A stretch of 64,000 bases of DNA. It comes from Chachezhania sediminis. Lineage in GTDB: Bacteria > Pseudomonadota > Alphaproteobacteria > Rhodobacterales > Rhodobacteraceae. Positions 1-9,188 of this stretch are shown one piece after another. The DNA lies in NCBI RefSeq assembly GCF_009765275.1, contig NZ_VOPH01000004.1:315810-379809 (forward strand), written 5' to 3'. The position numbers and the translations under genes are program-made. The notes beneath the pieces were generated by a model, which saw nothing but the letters and a program-made list of their open reading frames with translations, did not search any database and had not been told where the DNA came from. Positions within the stretch are counted from its first letter, which is position 1; each line of letters starts with the position of its first letter.

Positions 1-469
1 CGCCGGCCGCATGGTGCGTGACATGCCCACCGATCGACGAGGGCGGCGCGATGATCGCATCGCCCGGCTGGCAGGTCGCCATGAAGGCGTAAAGGTTGGC
101 CATCGCGCCCGAGGAGACGCGGATCTCGGCGTATTTCGCGCCAAAGATCTCTGCGGCCAGTTCGGCGGCGATGACCTCGATCTTCTCGATCGCCTCCAGC
201 CCCATCTCGTACTTGTCGCCGGGATAGCCCAGCGAAGGCCGCGTGCCCAGGCCCGAGGCCAGCAGCGCCTCGGCCCTCGGGTTCATCACGTTCGTCGCCG
301 GGTTCAGGTTCACGCACTGCGCTTCGTGGATCCGACGGTTTTCTGCCGACAGCTCCAGGATCCGCGCCTCGACCGCGTCACTGCCTGCGGCGGATGTCCA
401 GCCGGCGATTTCTGCGACATAGTCTTCGACCCCGCCCGCAACCCAGCCGCGCCGTTCCAGACTGCCCAT
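1..469 (-). CDS. Serine hydroxymethyltransferase-like PLP enzyme, N-terminal part (3' end lies beyond the window start)
   Basis: Minus-strand translation MGSLERRGWV...ILELSAENRRIHEAQCVNLNPATNVMNPRAEALLASGLGTRPSLGYPGDKYEMG...AIIAPPSSIGGHVTHHAAG matches the SHMT N-terminal region (LIASEN..., GYPG.RYY.G). The start ATG is at 467-469. The frame runs off the window edge. Confidence 0.6.
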   Translation of the reverse strand, partial: MGSLERRGWVAGGVEDYVAEIAGWTSAAGSDAVEARILELSAENRRIHEAQCVNLNPATNVMNPRAEALLASGLGTRPSLGYPGDKYEMGLEAIEKIEVIAAELAAEIFGAKYAEIRVSSGAMANLYAFMATCQPGDAIIAPPSSIGGHVTHHAAG

Positions 470-663
470 GCCCGATGCTCCCCAGCTGTGTGGCCCTGAT
501 CCAAAGGGATAGGCGATCCGGGATCGTCTGTCGATGTGTCGGACGGGCAGGGCAGCGGCTTGTGACGTGCCGATTGCCTTCGACGCATCGCCCGGTCGCG
601 GCTAGGCTGGTCCGCAACGTCCGGGCGACGGAAGGTTTCGACCGGCAAAAGGGGGGGAAGACG

Positions 664-1479
664 ATGACCGGACACCTGCCGGACTATCAGATCTATGCCA
701 TTCGCCACGGGGTCAACACGGTGCGGATCCGGGCGCAGAACTTCATCAACGATCCCGATCCGGCGGCGCTGCTGCAGATGGACTTCTATTCCTGGGTGCT
801 GGTCGGGCCCGACCGGACGGTCGTCGTCGACACCGGAATGAAGGTCGAAACGGCGGCGCGGTACGGCCACACCCCGGTGATGGCCCCGCCGGAGGCCCTG
901 GCCCAACTGGGCATCGACCCTGCGTCGGTCGATACCGTCCTTTTGACCCATGCCCATTATGACCATGTCGGCCACATCGATGCCTTCCCGCAGGCGCGGT
1001 TCTGGATGCAGGCGCGCGAGATGGCCTATGTCACCGGCCCTTGGATGGAACACGCGCTGTTCCGTCATGCCTATCTGGCGCCGGATATCGCTGCACTGGT
1101 CGGCCTGCTGCACGCCGGGCGGCTGCACCTGCACGGGCCGGACGCCGGGGTCGCCCCCGGCGTCACCGTCCACTGGGTCGGCGGCCATTGCGACGGGCAG
1201 GAGATCGTGCGCGTCCATACCGCGCGGGGCTGGGTGGTGCTGGCGTCCGACGCGCTGCACTATTTCGAGGAGCTGGAGCGGGGCAAACCCTATGCCGTGG
1301 CCTTCAACATCTCCGACATGATCGCGGCCCATGGCCGGATCCGGGAGCTGGCCGACAGCGACGATCACATCGTGCCCGCCCACGATCCGCGTGTGGCCGA
1401 CTTGTGGCCGGCGGCGGGACCCGGCCTGGACGGCCGGATCCTGCGGGTGGACGTGGCGCCGGTGGCGGCAGGGTCCTGA
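664..1479 (+). CDS. MBL-fold metallohydrolase (N-acyl-homoserine-lactonase-like)
   Basis: HxHxDH zinc motif (LTHAHYDHVGH) and downstream His/Asp ligands. ATG at 664 is in frame with the 394..1479 ORF. Confidence 0.75.
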   Translation: MTGHLPDYQIYAIRHGVNTVRIRAQNFINDPDPAALLQMDFYSWVLVGPDRTVVVDTGMKVETAARYGHTPVMAPPEALAQLGIDPASVDTVLLTHAHYDHVGHIDAFPQARFWMQAREMAYVTGPWMEHALFRHAYLAPDIAALVGLLHAGRLHLHGPDAGVAPGVTVHWVGGHCDGQEIVRVHTARGWVVLASDALHYFEELERGKPYAVAFNISDMIAAHGRIRELADSDDHIVPAHDPRVADLWPAAGPGLDGRILRVDVAPVAAGS

Positions 1480-1485
1480 GGGGCC

Positions 1486-1887
1486 TCAGCCCCTGTCCCT
1501 CACCAGGTCGAACCCTTCGTCCAGCCAGCCGGTGATTCCGCCGATCATCAGCTTCACCGGAAGGCCCAGCCGCGCCAGCCGGACGGCGGCCTTGTTGGCG
1601 CCGTTGCAATGGGGCCCGGCGCAGTAGACGACAAAGGTTGTGCCGGACGCGAATTCCGACATCCTGCGGCCGGTGATCTTGCCATGGGGCAGGCACAGCG
1701 CGCCGTCGATATGGCCCTGCGCGTAAAGCTGGGGGGACCGGACGTCGAGGACGACAAAGTCGGTTTCGCCCGACTCCAGCGCTGCGTGGGTGTCCCAGCA
1801 ATCGGTTTCGAACTCCAGCATCGCCTCGAAATGCGCAAGCGCGCGGTCCGAGGGGGCGGCGGGCACTTCAGTGATCGGGTTGGTCAT
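1486..1887 (-). CDS. Rhodanese-domain sulfurtransferase
   Basis: Single rhodanese domain with active-site Cys (VVYCAGPHCNGA). Start chosen at the internal Met MTNPITEV; the upstream extension is Arg-rich junk. Confidence 0.7.
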   Translation of the reverse strand: MTNPITEVPAAPSDRALAHFEAMLEFETDCWDTHAALESGETDFVVLDVRSPQLYAQGHIDGALCLPHGKITGRRMSEFASGTTFVVYCAGPHCNGANKAAVRLARLGLPVKLMIGGITGWLDEGFDLVRDRG

Positions 1888-1996
1888 GGGCGAACTCCAG
1901 TCTGTCGCTGCAGATTTACGCCGGGACACGCCAATCGGGAATTGGCGGGAATGACAATCTGCGCTAGTATTCCGCCAAACGTGACGGGGACCCCCG

Positions 1997-2962
1997 ATGA
2001 CCTCCACGACCCGCGTCGTCTGCCTTGTCTATGATGGGCTTTGCACCTTCGAATTCGGCATCGTGACCGAACTTTTCGCCCTGCCGCGGCCGGAATTCGA
2101 TTTCCCGTGGTACGATTTCGCCCTGGCGGGGGTGGATCCGGTGATCCGGGGCATGGGCGGTTACCGGATGCAGGTCGACGGCGGGCTGGATCTGCTGGAC
2201 ACGGCCGACCTGATCTGCCTGCCGGGCTGGCGGGACCGGAATGAAGCCCCACCGGCGGAGCTGTCGGCCGCGCTGGCCCGCGCACATGCACGCGGTGCGC
2301 GGCTGATGTCGATCTGTTCCGGCGCTTTCCTTCTGGGTGCGGCCGGCCTGCTTGACGGACGGCCCGCCGCGACCCACTGGCGCTATGCGGCCGACCTTCA
2401 GGCGCGGTTCCCGGATGCGCAGGTCCGTGACGACGTGCTTTATACCGAGGCAGACGGGATCGTGACATCGGCCGGGTCCAGCGCGGGCATCGATGCGGGT
2501 CTGCACCTGATCCGGACGGATCACGGGGCCAAGGTCGCCAATCTGGTCGCCCGGCGGCTGGTCATGCCGCCCCACCGCGACGGCGGGCAGGCACAGTTCG
2601 TGGATGCGCCGGTCAGGCTGCGGCCCGGGTCATCGCTGGCGCCGGTGCTGGACTGGGCGCGGGGACAGCTGGCGGGGCCCATGGGGGTGCCGGACATGGC
2701 GAAACAGGCGGGGCAGAGCGAACGCACCTTCCTGCGCCGCTTCCGCGAGGCGACGGGCCAGACCCCGGTCCAGTGGCTGCGCCGGGAACGCGTTTTGCGG
2801 GCCATGCGCCTGCTGGAAGAGACTGCTCTGACGCTGGAGGACATCGCCGAGGATTGCGGCTTCGGCTCGCAAGCCACCTTCCGCGCCACCTTCCACGAAT
2901 TTGCCGGGACATCCCCCAGCGCCTACCGGGAACGGTTCCGGATCAAGCGTGCGGCGCTGTGA
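1997..2962 (+). CDS. GlxA-family transcriptional regulator (DJ-1/PfpI domain + AraC HTH)
   Basis: N-terminal DJ-1/PfpI-like domain (ICSGAFLLGAAGLLDGR) and C-terminal AraC-type HTH (FGSQATFRATF...YRERF). Confidence 0.8.
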   Translation: MTSTTRVVCLVYDGLCTFEFGIVTELFALPRPEFDFPWYDFALAGVDPVIRGMGGYRMQVDGGLDLLDTADLICLPGWRDRNEAPPAELSAALARAHARGARLMSICSGAFLLGAAGLLDGRPAATHWRYAADLQARFPDAQVRDDVLYTEADGIVTSAGSSAGIDAGLHLIRTDHGAKVANLVARRLVMPPHRDGGQAQFVDAPVRLRPGSSLAPVLDWARGQLAGPMGVPDMAKQAGQSERTFLRRFREATGQTPVQWLRRERVLRAMRLLEETALTLEDIAEDCGFGSQATFRATFHEFAGTSPSAYRERFRIKRAAL

Positions 2963-2971
2963 TCCTGGGCG

Positions 2972-3781
2972 TCAGCGGCCGCGATAGACAGGCCGGCGCT
3001 TTTCCATGAAGGATCTTGGGCCTTCGACCGCATCCTCGGTCGCCAGAACGCGGTCCATGGCCTCGGTCTCGCGCTGGAACCCGTCGTCGAAGGGGCGGCC
3101 GATGGCATCCAGCGCCGCCATCTTGATCTCGCGCACCGCGACGGGGCCGTTGGCGGCGATCCTGGCCGCGATCTTCAACGCGCGGGGCAGGACCTCCTCT
3201 GCCGGAACGACGGCATTGATCAGGCCCAGGGCGGCCATCCGTTCCGCCGGATAGCTGTCGCCGGTCAGCATCATCTCCATCGCCAGCGCGGGCGGCAGTT
3301 GCCGGGGCAGTCGGGCCAGCGCGCCGGCAAAGGGCATCAGGCCCAGCTTCGCCTCGGGCAGGCCGAAGGTCGCGTGCGGCGCGGCAATGCGGATGTCGGT
3401 GCCCAGCATCAGTTCGAACCCGCCGGCCAGGCAGTGCCCGTTGATCGCGGCGATCACCGGCTTGGTCAACGGCCGGCCCTTGAAGCTTGCCCGGAACACG
3501 GTGTCCCGGTCTGCGGCGATGCGGCGGTCCCATTTGGTTTCGGGCGCCCGCGCGCCCGTCAGCAGCGGCAGCATGGTTTCAAGATCGCCGCCCGCGCAGA
3601 AGGCGGCGGATCCCGCGCCGGTGACGATGCAGACGCGCAGTGCGTCGTCCGCCTCGAACGCGGCAAGGGCGTCGTCCATGCGGCAGACGACCTCCGGGTT
3701 CAGGGCATTGTGCCGGTCGGGCCGGTTGAAGGTGATCGTGGCGACGGGGCCGTCGGTTTCGTAAAGCAGCGGCAGGGTCAT
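2972..3781 (-). CDS. Enoyl-CoA hydratase/isomerase (crotonase family)
   Basis: Crotonase fold motifs (AFCAGGDL, INGHCLAGGFELML..DIRIAA..A.FGLPE). This is the last 269 aa of the long 2972..5305 ORF. Its start codon overlaps the upstream gene's stop (ATGA). Confidence 0.85.
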   Translation of the reverse strand: MTLPLLYETDGPVATITFNRPDRHNALNPEVVCRMDDALAAFEADDALRVCIVTGAGSAAFCAGGDLETMLPLLTGARAPETKWDRRIAADRDTVFRASFKGRPLTKPVIAAINGHCLAGGFELMLGTDIRIAAPHATFGLPEAKLGLMPFAGALARLPRQLPPALAMEMMLTGDSYPAERMAALGLINAVVPAEEVLPRALKIAARIAANGPVAVREIKMAALDAIGRPFDDGFQRETEAMDRVLATEDAVEGPRSFMEKRRPVYRGR

Positions 3782-5601
3782 TGCGGCACCCCGGCGCGGA
3801 AGGTCACGGTCAGCGGCATGGTGGCCAGCGCGGCCTTCAGCGCCGGCAACCGATCCTCGGGCGCGGTGACGGTGGCCTTCAGGTCGTCGGATACCTCGAC
3901 CTCCACCTCTGTCAGGCCGGCGGTTTCGGCGGCGCTTGCGACGGCCCACAGAACGGCCTCCTGCCGCAGGGTTGGCTTGAAGATCTTGCCCACCGGGGTC
4001 AGGGGCAGGCTGTCCTTCACGGCAATGCGTTTCGGCAAGGCGACCGGATCTTCGATCCGGTCCTTCAGAAAGCCGATCAGGTCCGCCCCCGTCGCGGTGC
4101 CGCCCGCGCGTAGCGTGACGAAGGCCACGGGAAGCTCTCCGGCATAGGCGTCGGGCATGCCGACGGCGGCAGCATTCTCGACCTCTGGATGGGCCAACAG
4201 TGTGTCTTCGATCATCTGCGGGTCGATATTGTGGGCGCCGCGGATGATGATGTCCTTCTTGCGGCCGGTGATGAACAGGCGCCCTTCGGCATCCAGCATC
4301 CCGACGTCGCCCGACACCAGCCAGCCGCCGGGCAGGAAGGTGCCGGCATTGCGCGACGGATCGGAATAACCGGCCGAGACATTGGGACCGCGCAGCGCGA
4401 TGATGCCCGTCTCGCCCGCCGGCAGGATCTTGGACGGGTCGGCGTCGCCATCGGTCTCTCCCAGGATCGCGACCTGCGAAAACGGGATGCGCAGGCCGCA
4501 GGACAGGGGCGTCCGGGGTCCGTGGACCGGTTCCACCGCGACGGTGCCTGCGCATTCGGTCATGCCCAGGATGTTGCGCACGCCCTTGCCGGTCTGCCGT
4601 TCGACCATGTCGGCCAGTTCCACCGGCAGCGGCGACCCGCCGGTCAGGAAATACCGAAGCGAGGAGATGTCGGCATCGATCGGATGGCCCGCGAAAGTGG
4701 TCATAGAGGTCGGAACGGCGCCGATCATGGTGATGCCGTGGCGTTCGACCTGTTCCCAGATCGAGCCGACGAAGGCCCGGTTCCGCATACCCTGTATGCC
4801 AGGGATCAGCAGCGTGCCGCCGACCGACAGGGTCGACAGCCCATAGACGAAGGCGCCGGCGACGTGGAACAGGGGAAAGCCGTTCAGCATCACGTCGGTG
4901 GCCCGCAGATCGTGCATCAGCGCGCAGGACCGGGCGACATGGGCCTGGTTCAGCCGCGAATGCAGCACCAGCTTCGGTGCGCCTGTGGTGCCCCCGGTGT
5001 GATAGCACGCGGCAAGCGCGGTTTCGTCCCCATGAGGCGTCGTCAGAGGCGCGGCCTCTTCCAACATCTTTTCCAGATGCCCATGGGCGCCGGGGGCCTC
5101 GCCATCCGCGTCGATGGCCAGGATCGGGATCGTGACACCTTCGGCCCGCAGCGCAGGGACGAGGGCGGACCAATAGTCGACCTCGGAATTGGGCCCGCAG
5201 ATCACGGCCACGGCGGCATCGGCGGCCTTCAGCAGGACGGCGATATGGTCCGGCCGCAGCATCGGGTTGATCGGACAAAGGTGCCCGGCGCCCTGCGCGC
5301 CCCACAGCACCACCTGCGCGGACGGCGTGTGCTGGCCTAAAAAGGCCACCGATTTCCCGGGCTCCACGCCCAGGTCGCGGAAGACCTGCGCGGCACGGGC
5401 GATGCGGTCGGCGAACTGGGCATAGGTCAAGGTCACGTCGCGGGACGTATCGGTTGCATCGGTCAGATAGCGGATCGCCAGGCTGTCTGGCGCGCGCCCG
5501 GCCGCGTCGCGGATCAGGTCCCAGGGGGTCTTCACGGGAAAGACGGCGTCGAAGCCATGGGCTTCCAGCGCCTCGATATCGGCCAGGCTTCTGATGGTCA
5601 T
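3778..5601 (-). CDS. AMP-forming acyl-CoA synthetase (aromatic-acid/feruloyl-CoA-ligase-like)
   Basis: AMP-binding signature YHTGGTTGAPKLV, GDVG..D..G...I.GR.KD, conserved Lys near the C-terminus. Coupled to the crotonase gene downstream. Confidence 0.85.
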   Translation of the reverse strand: MTIRSLADIEALEAHGFDAVFPVKTPWDLIRDAAGRAPDSLAIRYLTDATDTSRDVTLTYAQFADRIARAAQVFRDLGVEPGKSVAFLGQHTPSAQVVLWGAQGAGHLCPINPMLRPDHIAVLLKAADAAVAVICGPNSEVDYWSALVPALRAEGVTIPILAIDADGEAPGAHGHLEKMLEEAAPLTTPHGDETALAACYHTGGTTGAPKLVLHSRLNQAHVARSCALMHDLRATDVMLNGFPLFHVAGAFVYGLSTLSVGGTLLIPGIQGMRNRAFVGSIWEQVERHGITMIGAVPTSMTTFAGHPIDADISSLRYFLTGGSPLPVELADMVERQTGKGVRNILGMTECAGTVAVEPVHGPRTPLSCGLRIPFSQVAILGETDGDADPSKILPAGETGIIALRGPNVSAGYSDPSRNAGTFLPGGWLVSGDVGMLDAEGRLFITGRKKDIIIRGAHNIDPQMIEDTLLAHPEVENAAAVGMPDAYAGELPVAFVTLRAGGTATGADLIGFLKDRIEDPVALPKRIAVKDSLPLTPVGKIFKPTLRQEAVLWAVASAAETAGLTEVEVEVSDDLKATVTAPEDRLPALKAALATMPLTVTFRAGVPQ

Positions 5602-6092
5602 GTGTCGTCTCCGTTCCCGTCGTCGGAAAAGGCGCTGCGCAGGTTGCCGTCGATCTTCGACAGAAGCTGCAGCAGCCGGGTGCGGTCCATGGCGCTGAGG
5701 CCGGTGGTCATCATCGCCTCGTGGCGAAGCACCTCGTGCTCCAACCGGGCCAGGCGGGTCCGCCCGTCGCCCGTCAGAAAGACCTGCCGGACGCGCTTGT
5801 CGTTGGGGCAGGGGTGGCGTTCGATCCAGCCTTCCCGGGTCAGCGTTTCAAGGATCGGCACAAGGCTGGAACGGTCGAGGAAGATCGCCTCGGCCAGGCG
5901 GGCCTGGCTGATGCCGGGATTGGCCTCGACCATCTTCAGCAGGCCGAAATATCGCGGCGCGGTGCCGTGGCCCGCCACCACCCTCTCAAAGCTCTTGTAG
6001 GCGGCGATCTGAAGCAGGCGGATCCGGTAGCTGACGCTGTCGGTCAGTTCCGCCGGCTCGGTGATTTCGGATTTGCGACCGCCGTCTTCCAT
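5598..6092 (-). CDS. MarR-family transcriptional regulator
   Basis: MarR winged-HTH (LLKMVEANPGISQARLAEAIFLDRSSLVPILETLTREGWIER). 4-nt overlap with the CoA-ligase start. Confidence 0.8.
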   Translation of the reverse strand: MEDGGRKSEITEPAELTDSVSYRIRLLQIAAYKSFERVVAGHGTAPRYFGLLKMVEANPGISQARLAEAIFLDRSSLVPILETLTREGWIERHPCPNDKRVRQVFLTGDGRTRLARLEHEVLRHEAMMTTGLSAMDRTRLLQLLSKIDGNLRSAFSDDGNGDDT

Positions 6093-6095
6093 CGC

Positions 6096-7388
6096 TCAGT
6101 GCATCCCCGACGGCAGGAACAGCACGATGGCCGGGAAGGCGATCAGGAGCAGAAGGCGCAGCACGTCGGTCACCACAAAGGGCAGGACGCCCTTGAAGAT
6201 CGTGACCAGGCTGACCCGCGTGGCGATGGAGTTGATGACGAAGACGTTCATCCCCACCGGCGGCGTGATCAGGCCCAGTTCCACGGTCATCACGATGATG
6301 ATACCGAACCAGATCGGGTCGAAGCCCAGCTCCAGCACGACGGGAAAGACGATGGGAACCATCAGGATGATCATCGCCATCGCGTCCAGGAAACAGCCCA
6401 TGACGAAGAACAGAAGCATGATCAGCAAAAGCGTGCCATAGGTCCCGGCACCCAGCCCCAGCAGGTATTCCGTCAGGTTCTGCGGCACCTGCGTGATCGT
6501 CAGGAAGTACCCGAACAGCGTGGCCCCGATCAGCACGACATAGATCGCGACCGAGGTGCGCAGCGCTTCGACCAGGCTGTCCAGAAGCATCGACCAGCTC
6601 AGCCGGCCGCGCGCCATGCCGATGATCGCGGTGACGACGGCGCCGACGGCCGCGGCCTCGGTCGCGGTCGCGATGCCGAAATAGATCGACAGGATCACCG
6701 CCATGAACAGCAGCAGCACGGCCCAGATGCCCCGCAGCGATTTCAGCCCGGCCTTCAGGCTGAACGTGTCGCCGGCCGGCAGGTCGCTGCCATACCACAG
6801 GCGCACGGTGGCCATGTACATGATCACGGCCAGGATGCCGGGAACGATGCCCGCCACGAAAAGCGTGCCGATATCGGTTTCTGTGATGAAGCCATAGATC
6901 GCCAGGACGACCGAAGGAGGGATCAGGATGCCCAGCGTGCCGCCCGCGGCGATGATGCCGGTCGCGGCCTCGTCCGAATAGCCGTTCTGCTTCATCTCGG
7001 GATAGGCGATCTTGGTCATCGTGGCCGCGGTGGCGACGGAGGACCCGCAGATCGCGGCAAAGCCCGCGCAGGCCCCGACAGAGGCCAGCCCAAGCCCGCC
7101 CTTCATGCCGCCCAGCCAGGCCCGCCCGGCGCCGAACAATTCGGACGACATGCCGGAATTGGTGGCCAGGACGCCCATCAGGACGAAGAAGGGGATCAGC
7201 GTCAGGTTGAAGTCGGTAATGGTCGAGATCGGGGACTGCGCCAGGAGGTTCAGCGCCGGGCCAAAGCCCACGATGGCGCCGAAACCGCCGATGCCCACTA
7301 GGCCCATGGCCACGCCCACAGGCACCCGCAGGATCATCATTCCGAACAGGGCGGCGAAGCCTGCGAAGGTCAGGAACTCGTTGCTCAT
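6096..7388 (-). CDS. TRAP transporter large permease (DctM family)
   Basis: 430-aa polytopic membrane protein with DctM-family conserved blocks. Confidence 0.85.
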   Translation of the reverse strand: MSNEFLTFAGFAALFGMMILRVPVGVAMGLVGIGGFGAIVGFGPALNLLAQSPISTITDFNLTLIPFFVLMGVLATNSGMSSELFGAGRAWLGGMKGGLGLASVGACAGFAAICGSSVATAATMTKIAYPEMKQNGYSDEAATGIIAAGGTLGILIPPSVVLAIYGFITETDIGTLFVAGIVPGILAVIMYMATVRLWYGSDLPAGDTFSLKAGLKSLRGIWAVLLLFMAVILSIYFGIATATEAAAVGAVVTAIIGMARGRLSWSMLLDSLVEALRTSVAIYVVLIGATLFGYFLTITQVPQNLTEYLLGLGAGTYGTLLLIMLLFFVMGCFLDAMAMIILMVPIVFPVVLELGFDPIWFGIIIVMTVELGLITPPVGMNVFVINSIATRVSLVTIFKGVLPFVVTDVLRLLLLIAFPAIVLFLPSGMH

Positions 7389-7398
7389 TTTTGGGGGC

Positions 7399-7935
7399 TC
7401 ATTCTTTGTGACCTTCGGTCTCGATGCTTTCGAATTCGCCCAGGTCGGTGCCCCGGGTCACGATCAGCCACAACCGAAGTGCGGTGGTGAACAGGGCCGC
7501 CAGAAGGCCCAGGCAGATCCCCAGGAAGAAGGGCCAGTGGGCCAGGCGCAGCTCCATCGTGGCATCGCCGCCGCCCATCGCGTCCATGGTGCGTTCCCAG
7601 ATCTTCCAGGTCATCAGCGCGGTGAAGAACAGCAGCACCCCCCACGCGAAGGCGTTGATCGCCTTAAGCACGACGCGCGGCACGGCCTGGGCCAGCAGGT
7701 CGACCTTGATGTGGTTGCCGCGAAAGCCCAGGCTGGCGAAACCCCAGGCGATGGCGATGCCCAGCACCAGGCGCGAGACGTCGAACACATCCGGCACTGG
7801 CATGGCAAAGCCGTATCGCGTGATGGCCGACACCATGATCAGGACTGTGACAAGGCCAAGGATCACAGCGGCGATACGTTCGATCGCAAGGATCGCACGC
7901 GATACCGCGTTCCCCGTTCCAGAGCTTTTTTCCAT
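7399..7935 (-). CDS. TRAP transporter small permease (DctQ family)
   Basis: 178-aa protein with 4 TM helices, positioned between the DctP and DctM genes. Confidence 0.8.
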   Translation of the reverse strand: MEKSSGTGNAVSRAILAIERIAAVILGLVTVLIMVSAITRYGFAMPVPDVFDVSRLVLGIAIAWGFASLGFRGNHIKVDLLAQAVPRVVLKAINAFAWGVLLFFTALMTWKIWERTMDAMGGGDATMELRLAHWPFFLGICLGLLAALFTTALRLWLIVTRGTDLGEFESIETEGHKE

Positions 7936-8000
7936 GGAAAACCCGAAGCTGGAGGATCTGCGCGGCGTACCGCGCAGATCAGTGGCAGTGAAAAAGAGGA

Positions 8001-9020
8001 TCAGTACTTGGCGTCGTTCGCTTCAAGCGACGCGATGTAGGCCGCCAGGATCGCGTCGGCGTCCAGGCCCTTGGCGTTGACCGAGGCTTTCCATTCCTCG
8101 ATCAGCGGCTGGGACGCAGCGCGCCAGGCTTCGACTTCCTCTGCCGTCGGCTCGTTCAGGGTCTGGTCCGGGTCGGCGATCAGCTTGTCGCGGGCGGCCA
8201 TATCGTCGTCGTTCCAGCCTTGGGCGACCTTGGCCGACCACTCTGGCGAGCAATGCTCGTCGATCACCTTCTTGTTGGCGTCCGACAGCTTGTCATAGCT
8301 GGCCTTGTTCATCACCAGCGACTGTGCCGACAGGTAGAACGGCATGTCGAGGTGCTGCGGCACTTCGCCGGTCAGCTTGAAGTCGTACATTGCCCCCCAG
8401 GGGAAGGTGACGGCTTCGGCCGTACCACGGGCCAGTGCCTCGCGCACTTCGGGAGCGGGCACCTGGACGGGGCCGCCGCCCAGAAGGCTGATGAAGCGGG
8501 CCATGGTGCCGTGCGCCGGGCGCACGTTCTTGCCCTTGACCTCTTCCGGCTTGGTGATCTTGGTCTTGGAATGCAGCGTGCCCGGCGCGTGCGGATGGAC
8601 GAAGCAGAACTTCACGTCCTCCATTTCCGCGGGGGCGCCGTATTCCACATACCATTCGTGGATCGCCTTCGCGCCCCTGACGGAATTGTCCGCCATGAAC
8701 GGGATTTCGGTCAGCGCGTAGACCGGGAAACGGCCTGCGGTATAGCCCGGATTCACCCAGGCGAAATCGACGATGCCCTGCTTGGCCATGTCATAGTGAT
8801 CCGGCGCCTTGCCCAGCTGCTGCGCCGGGAAGATCTGGATCTTGATGCTGCCGTTCGACGCTTCCTCGACTGACTTGGCCCAGGGCTCGATCCCGGCCTT
8901 GGCGGGGGCGATGCCGGCCGGCACCCAGTGCGACAGGCGCAGGGTGACATCGGATGCCTGCGCGGCGAAGGGCACGACAGCAGAAATGATTGCGCCAAGC
9001 GCAATACGACGATTGATCAT
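8001..9020 (-). CDS. TRAP transporter substrate-binding protein (DctP family)
   Basis: Signal peptide MINRRIALGAIISAVVPFAAQA plus DctP-family body. A GGAGGAAAT Shine-Dalgarno precedes the ATG at 9018-9020. Confidence 0.85.
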   Translation of the reverse strand: MINRRIALGAIISAVVPFAAQASDVTLRLSHWVPAGIAPAKAGIEPWAKSVEEASNGSIKIQIFPAQQLGKAPDHYDMAKQGIVDFAWVNPGYTAGRFPVYALTEIPFMADNSVRGAKAIHEWYVEYGAPAEMEDVKFCFVHPHAPGTLHSKTKITKPEEVKGKNVRPAHGTMARFISLLGGGPVQVPAPEVREALARGTAEAVTFPWGAMYDFKLTGEVPQHLDMPFYLSAQSLVMNKASYDKLSDANKKVIDEHCSPEWSAKVAQGWNDDDMAARDKLIADPDQTLNEPTAEEVEAWRAASQPLIEEWKASVNAKGLDADAILAAYIASLEANDAKY

Positions 9021-9188
9021 GATTTCCTCCCGTAAAGGCCTCTCCACTCGGCCTTCGACGATCGATGGATATCAAACATATCGGATTGCGCAAATGATTC
9101 CTCGCAGCGGCGACAAATATCTGAGCGCGCGGGCGTCGTCACCGAACCGGGGTGGCCCGAAGCGGTCGGGGGCGGTCCGGGGCGGGGA

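Noticed and set aside
2972-5305. 777-aa minus-strand ORF
   Set aside because: Only the last 269 codons are a genuine crotonase. The rest is an Arg/Pro/Gly-rich out-of-frame read-through across the real CoA-ligase gene, which is in another frame. This is a typical high-GC artefact.
5721-7301. 526-aa plus-strand ORF rich in Asp/His/Arg/Gln
   Set aside because: It is antisense to the well-supported dctM gene and has extreme low-complexity composition.
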